A DNA stretch of 64,000 nt, from positions 544,001-608,000 of the forward strand of contig OY762492.1 of NCBI GenBank assembly GCA_963665845.2. Reading direction: 5' to 3'. Made by a program: the position numbers and the translations under genes. The notes under the pieces are model-generated. The model made no database searches. It was not told where the DNA came from and saw only the letters and a list, made by a program, of their open reading frames with translations. Shown one piece after another: positions 1 through 9,475 of this stretch. Source of the DNA: Candidatus Poribacteria bacterium (GTDB lineage Bacteria; Poribacteria; WGA-4E; GCA-2687025). The number at the start of each line of letters is the position of its first letter. The first letter of the stretch is position 1.

Positions 1-802
1 CAAAGACGACCAGACCGATGACGAGAAAATGCGCGAATGAGAGTACCGAAACGCGCTTCATGCCGTCGCCGGGGGCGTCCACTAGAGCTTCGTATTCGGC
101 TCCGCCGAGCGCGCCGCCGAGCAAGCCCTGCAGCTGTCCGGAATCTAAAAACGGGTACATCTGCGAGACGATGACGCCTGTCACGCCGGCGGCAAGCGGA
201 ACGCCATGCGGCTCATTGCCGTACTGAATCCAGGAGTCGACGCTGTCGCCCGCCGCAAAATCGATCACCAAGTTGACGTCGGCGAAGGTGGAGACGCCCG
301 CCATCGCCGGCAGCGCGTCGAGAGCCTCGCCGCGCGTGTCCGTCTCAAAGAAGCCGGGTATGTTGCCTGCCATGCGCAAAATGACCAGATGAAATCCGAC
401 CCTGTAACCGACATCCGCATAATGTTCGCCGGGCTTCAGGCGGCTTTCTTCTCCGTCCATGAACTCGTCGCTCGTCCGCACCTTCTCCAGCGCTTGAACC
501 GCCAGCGCCGGCGAGTCCGCCGTCAGCGACATCATCATGACGCGCAGCTTTTTGCGGAAGCAGTGGCGCAGAACCGCCTCCACCTGCGGCTGCAGCTCCG
601 CCATGGAGGACGGACCGTAACCGAAGGAGAGAATCACAAAATCGTTCTCGTTGAGCGATTCGATCTTGTCGTACACGCGCTGCGTCGCGTTCGAGACCGG
701 CACAGGGAACGTGACGGAGAAGATGGTTGGAAGGATGACAAACAGAGCCATCAACAGAAACACCCAGCGCCGATCCATCTGTTTTGGCTGCTCGGCGTTC
801 AT
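1..802 (-). CDS. Conserved hypothetical membrane protein of the DUF6754 cluster (3' end beyond window)
   Basis: Hand translation from ATG at 802, which overlaps the upstream TGA: MNAEQPKQMDRRWVFLLMAL...FGYGPSSMAELQP...MYPFLDSGQLQGLLGGALGGAEYE. Frame is open to the window edge. Confidence 0.8.
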   Translation of the reverse strand, partial: MNAEQPKQMDRRWVFLLMALFVILPTIFSVTFPVPVSNATQRVYDKIESLNENDFVILSFGYGPSSMAELQPQVEAVLRHCFRKKLRVMMMSLTADSPALAVQALEKVRTSDEFMDGEESRLKPGEHYADVGYRVGFHLVILRMAGNIPGFFETDTRGEALDALPAMAGVSTFADVNLVIDFAAGDSVDSWIQYGNEPHGVPLAAGVTGVIVSQMYPFLDSGQLQGLLGGALGGAEYEALVDAPGDGMKRVSVLSFAHFLVIGLVVF

Positions 803-1755
803 TCGTCTCCTCCTAGATAGGTTTGTTCAATTCCGAGTATGATTCGGAACGACTGCGCCAGCGCGCCGAGTCCAACGCCGAGAACAATCGCCCGGCGGGC
901 GGCAAGGTTGGGAACCTCTAGCACCCAGTCCTTTGCTTCAGACGGGAACCCCTGCAGCGAGTCCGCAAAGCCGAACGCGCTGTTCCACCAGTGAATGAAC
1001 GGCGGGGTCAAGCCGAGAATGACGACGCATGCCGAGATGAGCAGCAGCGCCGCTTCAATGTTGCGCGCGCGAAAAGCGCGAAAAGCGGCGGACGCAATGA
1101 AAAACGCGAGCAGCGAAAACATGGTCGCGTCCAGCGGCACTTGGACATTCTCAAAGAGCCATAGAAACACATCCAAGCCGGGGCGGCGAATCGCGAAGGA
1201 ATCGCCTTGAACGGGAGGATCGCCGTTTCTCCATTTATCGACCTGAACGCGGACGACGGGCGGCGCGTCTTCCGCAGCCGCTTCGTCGGTCGGCTCCTCA
1301 ACAATTTTGCCTTCAAAAAAGGAACCGTCCGCCTTCGGGAGCTGGAGCCGATCCCCCTTCAAGATCGACTTGGCGGCGATGTTTTCGGCGCTGAGCATAA
1401 CGACCATGCCGTTGCGCTCATAGGACGCTTCCGCGCTGTACTCGGAGAGCTTCGATTTGACAATCTGCTTGGCGGGCTGGCGGTGTCCCTCAATGACGCC
1501 GACGGCCGTCATGCCAAACAGGGCGACCAGCGCGACAATGCTGTATTTCCAGTCGCCTTGGCGGCGGACGGCGCGCTGCCAGTGAAGCTTCACAAGGCTT
1601 GCGACGCCGAGAACCAGCGCGAACACTCCGATCAGGAGCATCCAGTCGTAGACGCGCCTGTTCAGCTCCTGAGACCACGCATGCGGCACAAAATATTGCG
1701 CCAGCATGACGGCGCCCATCACAAAGCAGACCGCGATCGGCAGCTGCATCCGCAT
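799..1755 (-). CDS. Conserved hypothetical polytopic membrane protein
   Basis: Several TM segments. Contains PLDATMFSLLAFFIASAAFRAFRAR and ends in ILGIEQTYLG, typical of DUF6754-cluster partners. Confidence 0.8.
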   Translation of the reverse strand: MRMQLPIAVCFVMGAVMLAQYFVPHAWSQELNRRVYDWMLLIGVFALVLGVASLVKLHWQRAVRRQGDWKYSIVALVALFGMTAVGVIEGHRQPAKQIVKSKLSEYSAEASYERNGMVVMLSAENIAAKSILKGDRLQLPKADGSFFEGKIVEEPTDEAAAEDAPPVVRVQVDKWRNGDPPVQGDSFAIRRPGLDVFLWLFENVQVPLDATMFSLLAFFIASAAFRAFRARNIEAALLLISACVVILGLTPPFIHWWNSAFGFADSLQGFPSEAKDWVLEVPNLAARRAIVLGVGLGALAQSFRIILGIEQTYLGGDE

Positions 1756-1756
1756 G

Positions 1757-3109
1757 CTACATCTCCACCTTAAAGATGTCGGCTAAATCCGGGGATCCGA
1801 ACAGCGCCATGACGACGCCGACAATCATCAGAATCATCAGAACCGCCTTGGCGACATCCTGGGCGCGAATGGCGCTCAAGAGCGGGGCGTCCTGGGAGAG
1901 GTAGGCGCTGGCGGCAAACAGCTCCTCGCCGATCAGCGTGTAGTCGCATGCGGCGATAAAGAACGGGAGCTGCGCGTCCCTGTCGGTGCCTGCAATCTGT
2001 ATCGCGCCGACGCTATGCCCAGTCTCCGCCAAGATGAGCGATTCGGCGTAAAAGACGCCCTGCAGGAAGATGGCGGCAGGCTCCTCGCGCACAATGATTC
2101 CGTCCACGCCGGCGGCGTACGCGAATTGACTTTCGGTCACAAAAAAGATGTTGTCGGGGTCGTATAGGTCCGGCCGCCCGATGCTTTGATAGGTTTGCTC
2201 TCCGACGGTGCGCATGACCTGCATGACGATCGGGTCGTAGCAAGGGACCATAATTCGCGTCGCATGTTCGGCTGCCGTTTTGATGACATGGCTGAAGATA
2301 TTGATGGAGGCGATGGTGGCCATCTGCTGAACGCTGCCGATGCCGGCGATGTAGAGAATGGGCTTGTCCATCTCGGCGCTGCGTCCGATCGCCTCTTCAA
2401 CCGCTTCCAGACCGTCAATGCGGCGTATGCGCGGCGGATCGCCTTCCCTGGAGCGGTAGGTCAAGACGACGAGCGTTCCGCAGAACAGCAGCGCCGCGGC
2501 GAGAAGCCATGAGCGCCCCGTGTGAAACCAGTTGGAGCGGGCGGCGGCGGGCGCGCTTTCCGCCGAGTTGACGGCGGAAGCCTCATACACTTCCTGAACG
2601 GCGTAAATATACGGAACCGCTTTTTCGCGGGTGAAGAGCGGATCTTTTCGGGCGGGCGCGGCGGAGGCGTCCCTGTAATCGCGCGCGGTCGGCGGAAGCG
2701 GCTCGGCGGTGATTTTCTCTAAACTGGAGCCTGGCGCGTCCGCGCGGCGCAGGATATGGAACCCAACGAGGCTCTCGCTCGGCTCGCCTTCATACTCCCA
2801 TACGACGTCCAAGCCCTTGCCGCTGTCGTCGTTTGGGACATCCGCCGCCCTTACATTCTTGACGGAAGAAGAGCTGTAAAGAGTGTAAAGAGTAATATCT
2901 TCCGCTGTGAATTCAGTCACGGATTCGTCAAATGTGATTGTGGACTCCAAGCCTTGTCCGCTGTCGTTCTGAGCATCGTCCTCTGTGACGGCATTATCGT
3001 CGGCGGATTCGATGGCGGTTTGCGCATGGCAAACAGATCCGCTCCAAACGCCGGCGAATAAAACCAGTAAGCCCGCCCAACGCAGCGTATGTCTCAAAAC
3101 GCTCTTCAT
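1757..3109 (-). CDS. Signal peptide + FN3-like domain + DUF6754-like membrane protein
   Basis: True start is probably ATG 3109 (GGAGG RBS). C-terminal motifs IRRIDGLEAVEEAIGR, FYAESLILAETG and QLPFFIAACDYTLIGEELFAASAYLS. Confidence 0.8.
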   Translation of the reverse strand: MKSVLRHTLRWAGLLVLFAGVWSGSVCHAQTAIESADDNAVTEDDAQNDSGQGLESTITFDESVTEFTAEDITLYTLYSSSSVKNVRAADVPNDDSGKGLDVVWEYEGEPSESLVGFHILRRADAPGSSLEKITAEPLPPTARDYRDASAAPARKDPLFTREKAVPYIYAVQEVYEASAVNSAESAPAAARSNWFHTGRSWLLAAALLFCGTLVVLTYRSREGDPPRIRRIDGLEAVEEAIGRSAEMDKPILYIAGIGSVQQMATIASINIFSHVIKTAAEHATRIMVPCYDPIVMQVMRTVGEQTYQSIGRPDLYDPDNIFFVTESQFAYAAGVDGIIVREEPAAIFLQGVFYAESLILAETGHSVGAIQIAGTDRDAQLPFFIAACDYTLIGEELFAASAYLSQDAPLLSAIRAQDVAKAVLMILMIVGVVMALFGSPDLADIFKVEM

Positions 3110-3143
3110 AACGCCTCCGACCCGTTCCGTACGGCTTGCCGCG

Positions 3144-3680
3144 TCAAAATGCGGCGTGTTCAACAAAGGTATCATACGCTTTCTCATTAAACAACGCAAA
3201 CAGAACCAGCTCAAGCGACGCATCCTCCGCCAAAAAAGCGGCGACTGCCGACGACGCCTCCGCCGCCGCTTTATCCGGCGGATAGCCGAAGACGCCTGTT
3301 GAGATCGCCGGAAAGGCGACCGTCTTGCATCCGAGTTCGACCGCCGTTTTGAGCGCGTTTCTATAGCAACTGCGCAGCTTTTCAGGTTCGCCGGCATCTC
3401 CGCCATGCCAGACCGGCCCGACGGTGTGAATCACATACCGGGCGGGCATGTCGCCGGCGGTTGTCGCCGCCGCCTCGCCGACCGGCAAACCGTTCCGATA
3501 TTTTGTGCGGCGCAGCGTTTTACATTCAGCCAAGATCGCAGGTCCCCCCGCGCGGTGGATGGCGCCGTCGACTCCTCCTCCGCCCATGAGAGTACCGTTC
3601 GCCGCGTTCACAACGGCGTCCACCTCCAGCTGCGTGATGTCCGCGACCTTCGCCGCGGCGCGTTCGCCGAAACGCTTCAT
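3144..3680 (-). CDS. Macro domain O-acetyl-ADP-ribose deacetylase (YmdB-like)
   Basis: VVNAAN..LMGGGGVDGAIHRAGG, VIHTVGP and FPAISTGVFGYP motifs. Confidence 0.93.
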   Translation of the reverse strand: MKRFGERAAAKVADITQLEVDAVVNAANGTLMGGGGVDGAIHRAGGPAILAECKTLRRTKYRNGLPVGEAAATTAGDMPARYVIHTVGPVWHGGDAGEPEKLRSCYRNALKTAVELGCKTVAFPAISTGVFGYPPDKAAAEASSAVAAFLAEDASLELVLFALFNEKAYDTFVEHAAF

Positions 3681-4771
3681 CCTTCGCTCCCTTCCGCCTC
3701 ATACCCGTTCATCGTGAACGCAACGCCGAGCGCTTGATCGGGCGTCTGGATCAATTTTTCGCATGCTTCGGCGGCGTTGTCAATCGGAACCATGTCGGTG
3801 ATGAGCGTCTTGACATCCAGCCGCCCCTCCGCCATGAAGCGCAAAACCGTTTCTAAATTGCGCTGCGTCGGGCGCTCCACAAACACAGGCGGATAATGCG
3901 CCCCCCGTTCATACGCTTTATCATGGTAGCCTGGTCCGGTGCGCGCCGCGCTTATGACGTCGATATTGCCCGCGCCGGCGGCGAAGCTGTGCTGTATCGA
4001 CGCGCCGCCGACAATGACGATGCGCCCCGTCTTATGTCCGTCGGGGGTCGTTTTTAAAAGGGCGCGCAGCTGTTGAAACGCGCCGGTAGCGTCCCCGCCG
4101 AACGCGATGACGCCGGCGTCAAATCCGTACCCGTTTGTGAATTCGTCTCTCACATGGCTGACATCCATTTCCGCCGCGTTTTCGACTCGGTCGGCGCCCG
4201 CCCGCCGCGCCGTTTCTAGACGCAGCGCGTTCATATCCAGTCCGAGAACATGCGCGCCGGCGATGCGCGCCGTTTGACATACCAGCTGCCCGACCATGCC
4301 GAGTCCAGCGACGGCGACATTTTCGGCGATGCCGATGCGCCCGCGCTGTATGGCGTGGAGCGCCGTCGCGGCGAGATGGCACGCGGCGCCTTCCTCATAA
4401 GAGACGCCGTCCGGCATTTTGGCGCACAGGTTTTGAGGGATGTTCGCATGCGTCGCGTGGAGCGCGTATCCGCCGCCCATCCCTGCGATTCGGTCGCCGA
4501 TTTCAAACTGCCCGCAGCCCTCCCCCTTGCCAATCAGAACGCCCGCGTTGGAATATCCGAAGGCGCGTTTGCCGGGGTTTTCTTTATGCCGGCTGCGTCG
4601 GTTTTTCACGCCGCCCAGCTCGGTGCCGGGACTGACGAGAGAGGCGCGAACTTCGATCAAAAGCTCGCCAGCGCCGAGCGGAGGGAGAGGAGCCTCCTCC
4701 GTCCAGATGCGGCCGTTGTCGTCCATGAAGACAACCTTGCGGGAAGAGGTTGAAGGCGCGGATCGGCTCAT
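3677..4771 (-). CDS. MDR-family (zinc-binding-type) dehydrogenase
   Basis: SPGTE...GYS N-terminal motif and Rossmann GLGMVG. Confidence 0.85.
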   Translation of the reverse strand: MSRSAPSTSSRKVVFMDDNGRIWTEEAPLPPLGAGELLIEVRASLVSPGTELGGVKNRRSRHKENPGKRAFGYSNAGVLIGKGEGCGQFEIGDRIAGMGGGYALHATHANIPQNLCAKMPDGVSYEEGAACHLAATALHAIQRGRIGIAENVAVAGLGMVGQLVCQTARIAGAHVLGLDMNALRLETARRAGADRVENAAEMDVSHVRDEFTNGYGFDAGVIAFGGDATGAFQQLRALLKTTPDGHKTGRIVIVGGASIQHSFAAGAGNIDVISAARTGPGYHDKAYERGAHYPPVFVERPTQRNLETVLRFMAEGRLDVKTLITDMVPIDNAAEACEKLIQTPDQALGVAFTMNGYEAEGSEG

Positions 4772-5442
4772 GGCGTTTCCTTTTCGGCAGATTCAGGGGC
4801 TTGAAGCTCCGAAGCGGCTTTGACGGCGTCCAGTATCTGCTTTGTGGTCGGGCGGTCATGCAGATTGGCGGACACATATTTCCATTGGATCGCTCCGTCG
4901 GGATCAACGACAAAAACTGCCGCTTTGGAGATGTTTGGATGAAGCGTGTCAGGGTCAAAAAACGGGTTGCTTTCAGGGTCCAGCGCCTTGTACGCCTTCG
5001 TTATTTTGCGCGATGCGTCGCTCAACAACGGGTAGTCGATCCTCAACCGCTCCGCCAGCGCGAGCGACACTTCAGGCGCGTCCACGCTGACCGCCAGGAC
5101 CGTTCCGCCGCGCTGTTGAAAACGGGCTTTCGCTTCGCGCAGCTCCACGAGCTGCTTCCTGCAGACCGGTCACCAATGCCCTCTGTAAAACACGAGCGCG
5201 AGCGTCTGTCCGCGGTAATCGGCAAGGGCGACGGGTCTTCCGTTCTGGTCGGGCAGGGAGAAGGGCGGGGCGTAGTCGCCCAGTTCCGCGCCGACCGGCT
5301 GCAGGTTCGCCTCGGCGCCGTTTTGTTGAGCGGTCGCGTCTCCGTTCTTTGCGGAGCCTCCGCAGGAGAGGCATGCCAAAAGAGCGTATGAGACGGCAAG
5401 CGCCGCGGTCAAACGGGCGGGGCGGATTCTGTTCATGGGCAA
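4768..5442 (-). CDS. Selenocysteine-containing AhpC/TSA (peroxiredoxin-like) lipoprotein
   Basis: Track ORFs 5170-5442 and 4768-5148 are in frame. Reading through TGA at 5172-5170 gives FYRGHW-U-PVC (UxxC) in an intact Prx-like fold. Lipobox LLACLSC. Confidence 0.88.
5139..5155 (-). promoter_or_regulatory. Putative bacterial SECIS hairpin
   Basis: GCAGCUC-GUG-GAGCUGC perfect 7-bp stem with a G-led loop, 14 nt after the in-frame UGA. Confidence 0.65.
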
Positions 5443-5567
5443 AGCATAGCGTACTTGGCGCGGAGATGTTAACGTCCAGCTTGGAAAATGACGAAGAGGG
5501 CGAGGCGCTTGCGCGTCAGCGCGCCGCTGTATAGACTCCTCTCAACGACTTCTGCAGGACGCCCTTT

Positions 5568-7100
5568 ATGCAGCCGCCCGCCGTTCAAACCGTATCCGTC
5601 TCCAAGCGTTTCCCCGGCGTTCTGGCGCTGGACGACGTCTCCTTTGAGACCCGTTACGGCGAGATACACGCTCTCTGCGGAGAAAACGGAGCCGGCAAAT
5701 CGACCTTGATCGGAATTCTCAGTGGACGATGGGCGGTCGGTTCCTACGAGGGGGAGCTGCGTATCGACGGAGAAACGGCGCGCTTCCGAAATGCGCGCGA
5801 CTCGCAAAACGCCGGCGCCGCCGTCATCCACCAAGAGCTTGCCCTCGCCCCGATGATGTCGATTGAAGAGAACATCGCGCTTGGAAGAGAGCCGACGCGG
5901 CGCGGGCTTCTTGACAAACGGCGCATGCGAAACGAATGCGTCCGCCTGATGGAGACGCTTCAACTGGACGCCGACCCCGCGGAGCCTGTTTCGCAGCTGG
6001 GCGTCGGACAGCGGCAGATGGTGGAGATTGCAAAGGCTCTCGCAAGGGACGCCAAGATACTCGCGCTGGATGAGCCGACCTCCGCCTTAACCCAGACCGA
6101 AAAGGAGACGCTGTTTGCCGTCCTTCAACGTCTCAAACGGAGCGGAACGGCGCTGATCTACATCTCGCACCGCTTAGAGGAGCTGTTTGAGATCGCCGAC
6201 CGCGCGACCGTTCTGCGCGACGGGCAAAGCGTCGGCACATGGAAAATGGACGAATTGACGCCGCCTTTTCTGGTGGAAAAGATGATCGGGCGCGAGCTGA
6301 AAAACCGTACGCATGTGAAAAAAGCGTCCGAGGCGCCGCCCGCCTTGACGCTTCAAAACTGGTCGGCGTACGCTGGCGCGGGTCGGGCGAAGGTCGATAA
6401 CTTGTCCCTTGAGGCGCGCCCTGGCGAGATACTGGGCTTGGCGGGGATGATGGGCTGCGGCAGCTCCGAGCTGCTGTTGAGCCTCTTCGGCGCATGGAGA
6501 GGGCGGACGGAGGGGCGGATGGAGATCGACGGCAAGCCCGCGCGCATACGCAGCCCGATAGAAGCGATGCGGGCGGGCATGGCGCTCCTCACCGAAGACC
6601 GCAAACGGGACGGACTCTGGCTGGATGAAAGCGTTGAGACGAACCTGACAGCGCCGATACTGAATGAAATCGCGCCGCATGGCGTCTTGAACCGCAAGGA
6701 GCGGCGGCGGCGCGCCGAAGAGACAGCGCGGCGGTTGGACATACGCCCGCCCGATGTTCAGGCGCAGGCGCGCAGCCTCAGCGGCGGCAATCAGCAGAAA
6801 ACGGCGATCGGAAAGGCGCTCATGACGCAGCCGCGCATACTGCTGTTGAACGAGCCGACGCGCGGCGTGGATGTCGGCGCGAAGGCGGAGATACACGGGC
6901 TGACGCGCCGTCTGGCGAAGCAGGGCGCCGCCGTTCTCATGGCGTCGTCCGACATGACCGAGATACTTCACCTTTCCGACCGCGTACTTGCGATGCGAAA
7001 CGGGCGCGCCGCGGCGCGTTTTGACGACATGGCGCAGGCGTCGGCGGAAGCGGTCTTGGCGGCGGCCGTCGGCGCCGATACGCGCGAGAATGAACCTTAA
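5568..7100 (+). CDS. Sugar ABC transporter ATP-binding protein (XylG/RbsA-like)
   Basis: GENGAGKST, two NBDs, LSGGNQQK. Confidence 0.92.
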   Translation: MQPPAVQTVSVSKRFPGVLALDDVSFETRYGEIHALCGENGAGKSTLIGILSGRWAVGSYEGELRIDGETARFRNARDSQNAGAAVIHQELALAPMMSIEENIALGREPTRRGLLDKRRMRNECVRLMETLQLDADPAEPVSQLGVGQRQMVEIAKALARDAKILALDEPTSALTQTEKETLFAVLQRLKRSGTALIYISHRLEELFEIADRATVLRDGQSVGTWKMDELTPPFLVEKMIGRELKNRTHVKKASEAPPALTLQNWSAYAGAGRAKVDNLSLEARPGEILGLAGMMGCGSSELLLSLFGAWRGRTEGRMEIDGKPARIRSPIEAMRAGMALLTEDRKRDGLWLDESVETNLTAPILNEIAPHGVLNRKERRRRAEETARRLDIRPPDVQAQARSLSGGNQQKTAIGKALMTQPRILLLNEPTRGVDVGAKAEIHGLTRRLAKQGAAVLMASSDMTEILHLSDRVLAMRNGRAAARFDDMAQASAEAVLAAAVGADTRENEP

Positions 7101-8052
7101 AATGAGAAGGATGAAAAAACCGGGCGCCTACGCCATGGCGGCGGCGCTGCTGCTCATTTGGACATACTTTGCCGTCGCGACAGGCGGGCTGTTTTTATCG
7201 CCGCGCAACCTCGCCAACCTGACCCGCCAATCCTCCGTCACAGCGGTACTCGCCGTCGGAATGACGCTTGTCATCGCGGCGGGGCATATCGATCTGTCGG
7301 TCGGTTCGCTGGCTGGATTTTTAGGCGCGGCGCTGGCGGTTGCGGTCGTTCGGCTCGGCTTGCCTTCCGGCTTGGCTGCCGCGGGCGTTCTGGTTTTAGG
7401 CGCGGGGATCGGCGCGTTTCACGGCTTTTTGACCGCGTATCAGCGCATACCCTCCTTCATCGTCACGCTGGGCGGGTTGATGGCGTATAAAGGCGGGATG
7501 CTGGCGCTCACCGGCGGATTGACGATACCGCTGCCGGCGGACGCCTGGGCGCGCTCGCTTGGGAACGCGAATGTGCCGCCGGGGTGGGGGTTGCCGGCGC
7601 CGCTTGTGGCGGTGGCGGTTCTGGCGGCGCTGTTTTGGGGAATGAGCGTCTGGACGCCGTTTGGACGGCGGATTTACGCGGCGGGCGGCAACGAAGAGGC
7701 GGCGCGCCTTGCCGGCATCAACACGCGCCGAATCGCGCTCGCCGTCTTTAGCCTGATGGGCGCGGTCGCCGGCGCGGCGGGCGTCATCTTGACGGCGCGC
7801 GTCGGCAGCGCCAGCCCAGAGGCGGGAAAGCTGCTGGAGCTGGACGCCATCGCCGCATGCGTCATCGGCGGCGCCAGCCTGATGGGCGGACGCGGCGGGG
7901 TGCCGGGGTCGCTGCTCGGCGCGCTCGTCATGACAAGCCTCGACAACGGCATGAGCCTCGCCAACTGGGGGCCGTTCTGGCAGGACATCATGAAAGGAGG
8001 CGCGCTCGTCGCCGCGGTCTGGTTCGATATGCGGGGGCAGGCTGAACGGTAA
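7090..8052 (+). CDS. Sugar ABC transporter permease (XylH-like)
   Basis: GHIDLSVGS, GGNEEAARLAGI and ELDAIAACVIGG motifs. Start could be 7090, 7102 or 7111. Confidence 0.9.
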   Translation: MNLKMRRMKKPGAYAMAAALLLIWTYFAVATGGLFLSPRNLANLTRQSSVTAVLAVGMTLVIAAGHIDLSVGSLAGFLGAALAVAVVRLGLPSGLAAAGVLVLGAGIGAFHGFLTAYQRIPSFIVTLGGLMAYKGGMLALTGGLTIPLPADAWARSLGNANVPPGWGLPAPLVAVAVLAALFWGMSVWTPFGRRIYAAGGNEEAARLAGINTRRIALAVFSLMGAVAGAAGVILTARVGSASPEAGKLLELDAIAACVIGGASLMGGRGGVPGSLLGALVMTSLDNGMSLANWGPFWQDIMKGGALVAAVWFDMRGQAER

Positions 8053-8077
8053 AGGCATCGCAGCCGCCGCGCCCGCT

Positions 8078-8269
8078 AAACCCCCTAGCCCCCTTTTCAA
8101 GGGGGAGTCTTGTTGCGCCCCTTTTCAAGGGGGAACGATCTGACCTCATGCTTAAAGTTGGGACATTTGAACCAACGATCGCTCTATTCATGGGAAAAAG
8201 GCTTCGCCAACCAGACCGTCATTCCCGCGGAAGCGGGGACGACCATCGGCGCCAACGCTTTAAGGTCAA
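8078..8269. repeat. Mosaic repeat: CCCCTTTTCAAGGGG hairpins plus truncated IS-derived MITE (from 8140)
   Basis: ctgacctcatgcttaaagttgggacat at 8140 matches the IS TIR. The element degenerates at the ATTCCC palindrome near 8220-8240. Confidence 0.8.
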
Positions 8270-8396
8270 ATGAAGTTCATCGCATAAGCGTACTGCCTCG
8301 TCGTGTAAAAGTTGAAACGGGGCGCGTTTGCGGCTATCGTATACGTTCCCGCGCCTTCATCAATGAAACAAACGGGCGGGTTAGACCGGAGGGTAT

Positions 8397-9419
8397 GTGG
8401 AACTGACATGGCTATGGGTTCAGCTGGCGTCTGCCGCTGCGCTGATATTGGTTGCGGCGCACTTTATGGCGAAGTCGGTTGATCATATCTCCGACGCGAC
8501 AGGTCTCGGAAAATCGTTTGCGGGGGTCGTCATGCTGGCGACCGCCACCTCCCTCCCGGAGCTTGGAACGGGCGTCAGCTCCATCGTCATTGTTGAAGAC
8601 ATAAATGAGGGGGTCAACCTTGCCGCAGGCTCCGCCTTCGGGAGCAACCTGTTCAACCTGCTCATCATCGCCCTTCTCGATATCGCGTGGCGAAAAAAAC
8701 CTTTTCTTGCGTCGGTGAGCCGCTCCTCGCTGCTGATCGGCGTTCTCGGCATGCTGATCATCAGCCTCTCCGCCGGCGCGACTCTGCTTTACCGCCTTGA
8801 CACGCCGACGGCGTCATGGCGCGTCAGTCCGATGTCGATCGGCATTTTCTGCGTCTTTATCGCTTCCATGTATCTCATTTACATGTCGGATCGACGCGGT
8901 CAAGCGGACGGCGCAGGCGCGCCTAAAGAGGCGAACAAACCCAGCGTTGGCCTCTCCAGATCGGTCGTCGTCTATTTCATCACCGCGGCGATAGTGGTCG
9001 GCGCGGCGGTCTGGCTCGCCAAAACAGGCGAGCATATCGTCGAAATGACCGAATTGAGCAGCAGTTTTGTCGGGACGCTGTTTCTGGCGCTCAGCACGTC
9101 GCTGCCGGAGTTGGCGGCGTCGTTTGCGGCGCTGCGCCTCGGTTCGTCGGAGCTGGCGATCACCAACGTTCTCGGCAGCAACCTTTTCAACATGGGATTT
9201 GTCCTGTTTCTAAACGACGCGGCGTTGTCGGGCGGGACTCTCTGGGCGAAGATCTCCAACACGCATGCGGTCACTGGCGCCGCCGGGGTCGCCATGACAG
9301 CGGTCGTCATCGCCGGCATCTACGCGCGGAAAGAGAAACAGCAGCGGCTTCCCGTCACGCCTGAAAGCGCGCTGCTTATTCTTCTTTACATCGCCGCGAT
9401 GGTTTTCATCGTCCGTTGA
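8397..9419 (+). CDS. Sodium:calcium antiporter (CaCA family)
   Basis: Two alpha repeats, ATSLPEL...GSNLFN and STSLPEL...GSNLFN. Confidence 0.92.
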   Translation: MELTWLWVQLASAAALILVAAHFMAKSVDHISDATGLGKSFAGVVMLATATSLPELGTGVSSIVIVEDINEGVNLAAGSAFGSNLFNLLIIALLDIAWRKKPFLASVSRSSLLIGVLGMLIISLSAGATLLYRLDTPTASWRVSPMSIGIFCVFIASMYLIYMSDRRGQADGAGAPKEANKPSVGLSRSVVVYFITAAIVVGAAVWLAKTGEHIVEMTELSSSFVGTLFLALSTSLPELAASFAALRLGSSELAITNVLGSNLFNMGFVLFLNDAALSGGTLWAKISNTHAVTGAAGVAMTAVVIAGIYARKEKQQRLPVTPESALLILLYIAAMVFIVR

Positions 9420-9420
9420 G

Positions 9421-9449
9421 TTGACGCGCGCGCCGTTTTCAAGTACGCT
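9421..9449 (+). promoter_or_regulatory. Sigma70-type promoter of sodC
   Basis: TTGACG-17 nt-TACGCT. Confidence 0.55.
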
Positions 9450-9475
9450 GCTCAAAATAAATTGAGAGGACAATC

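Noticed and set aside
3110-3406. Long Arg-rich N-terminus of ORF 1757-3406
   Set aside because: It overlaps the macrodomain gene in another frame. RBS and signal peptide support ATG 3109.
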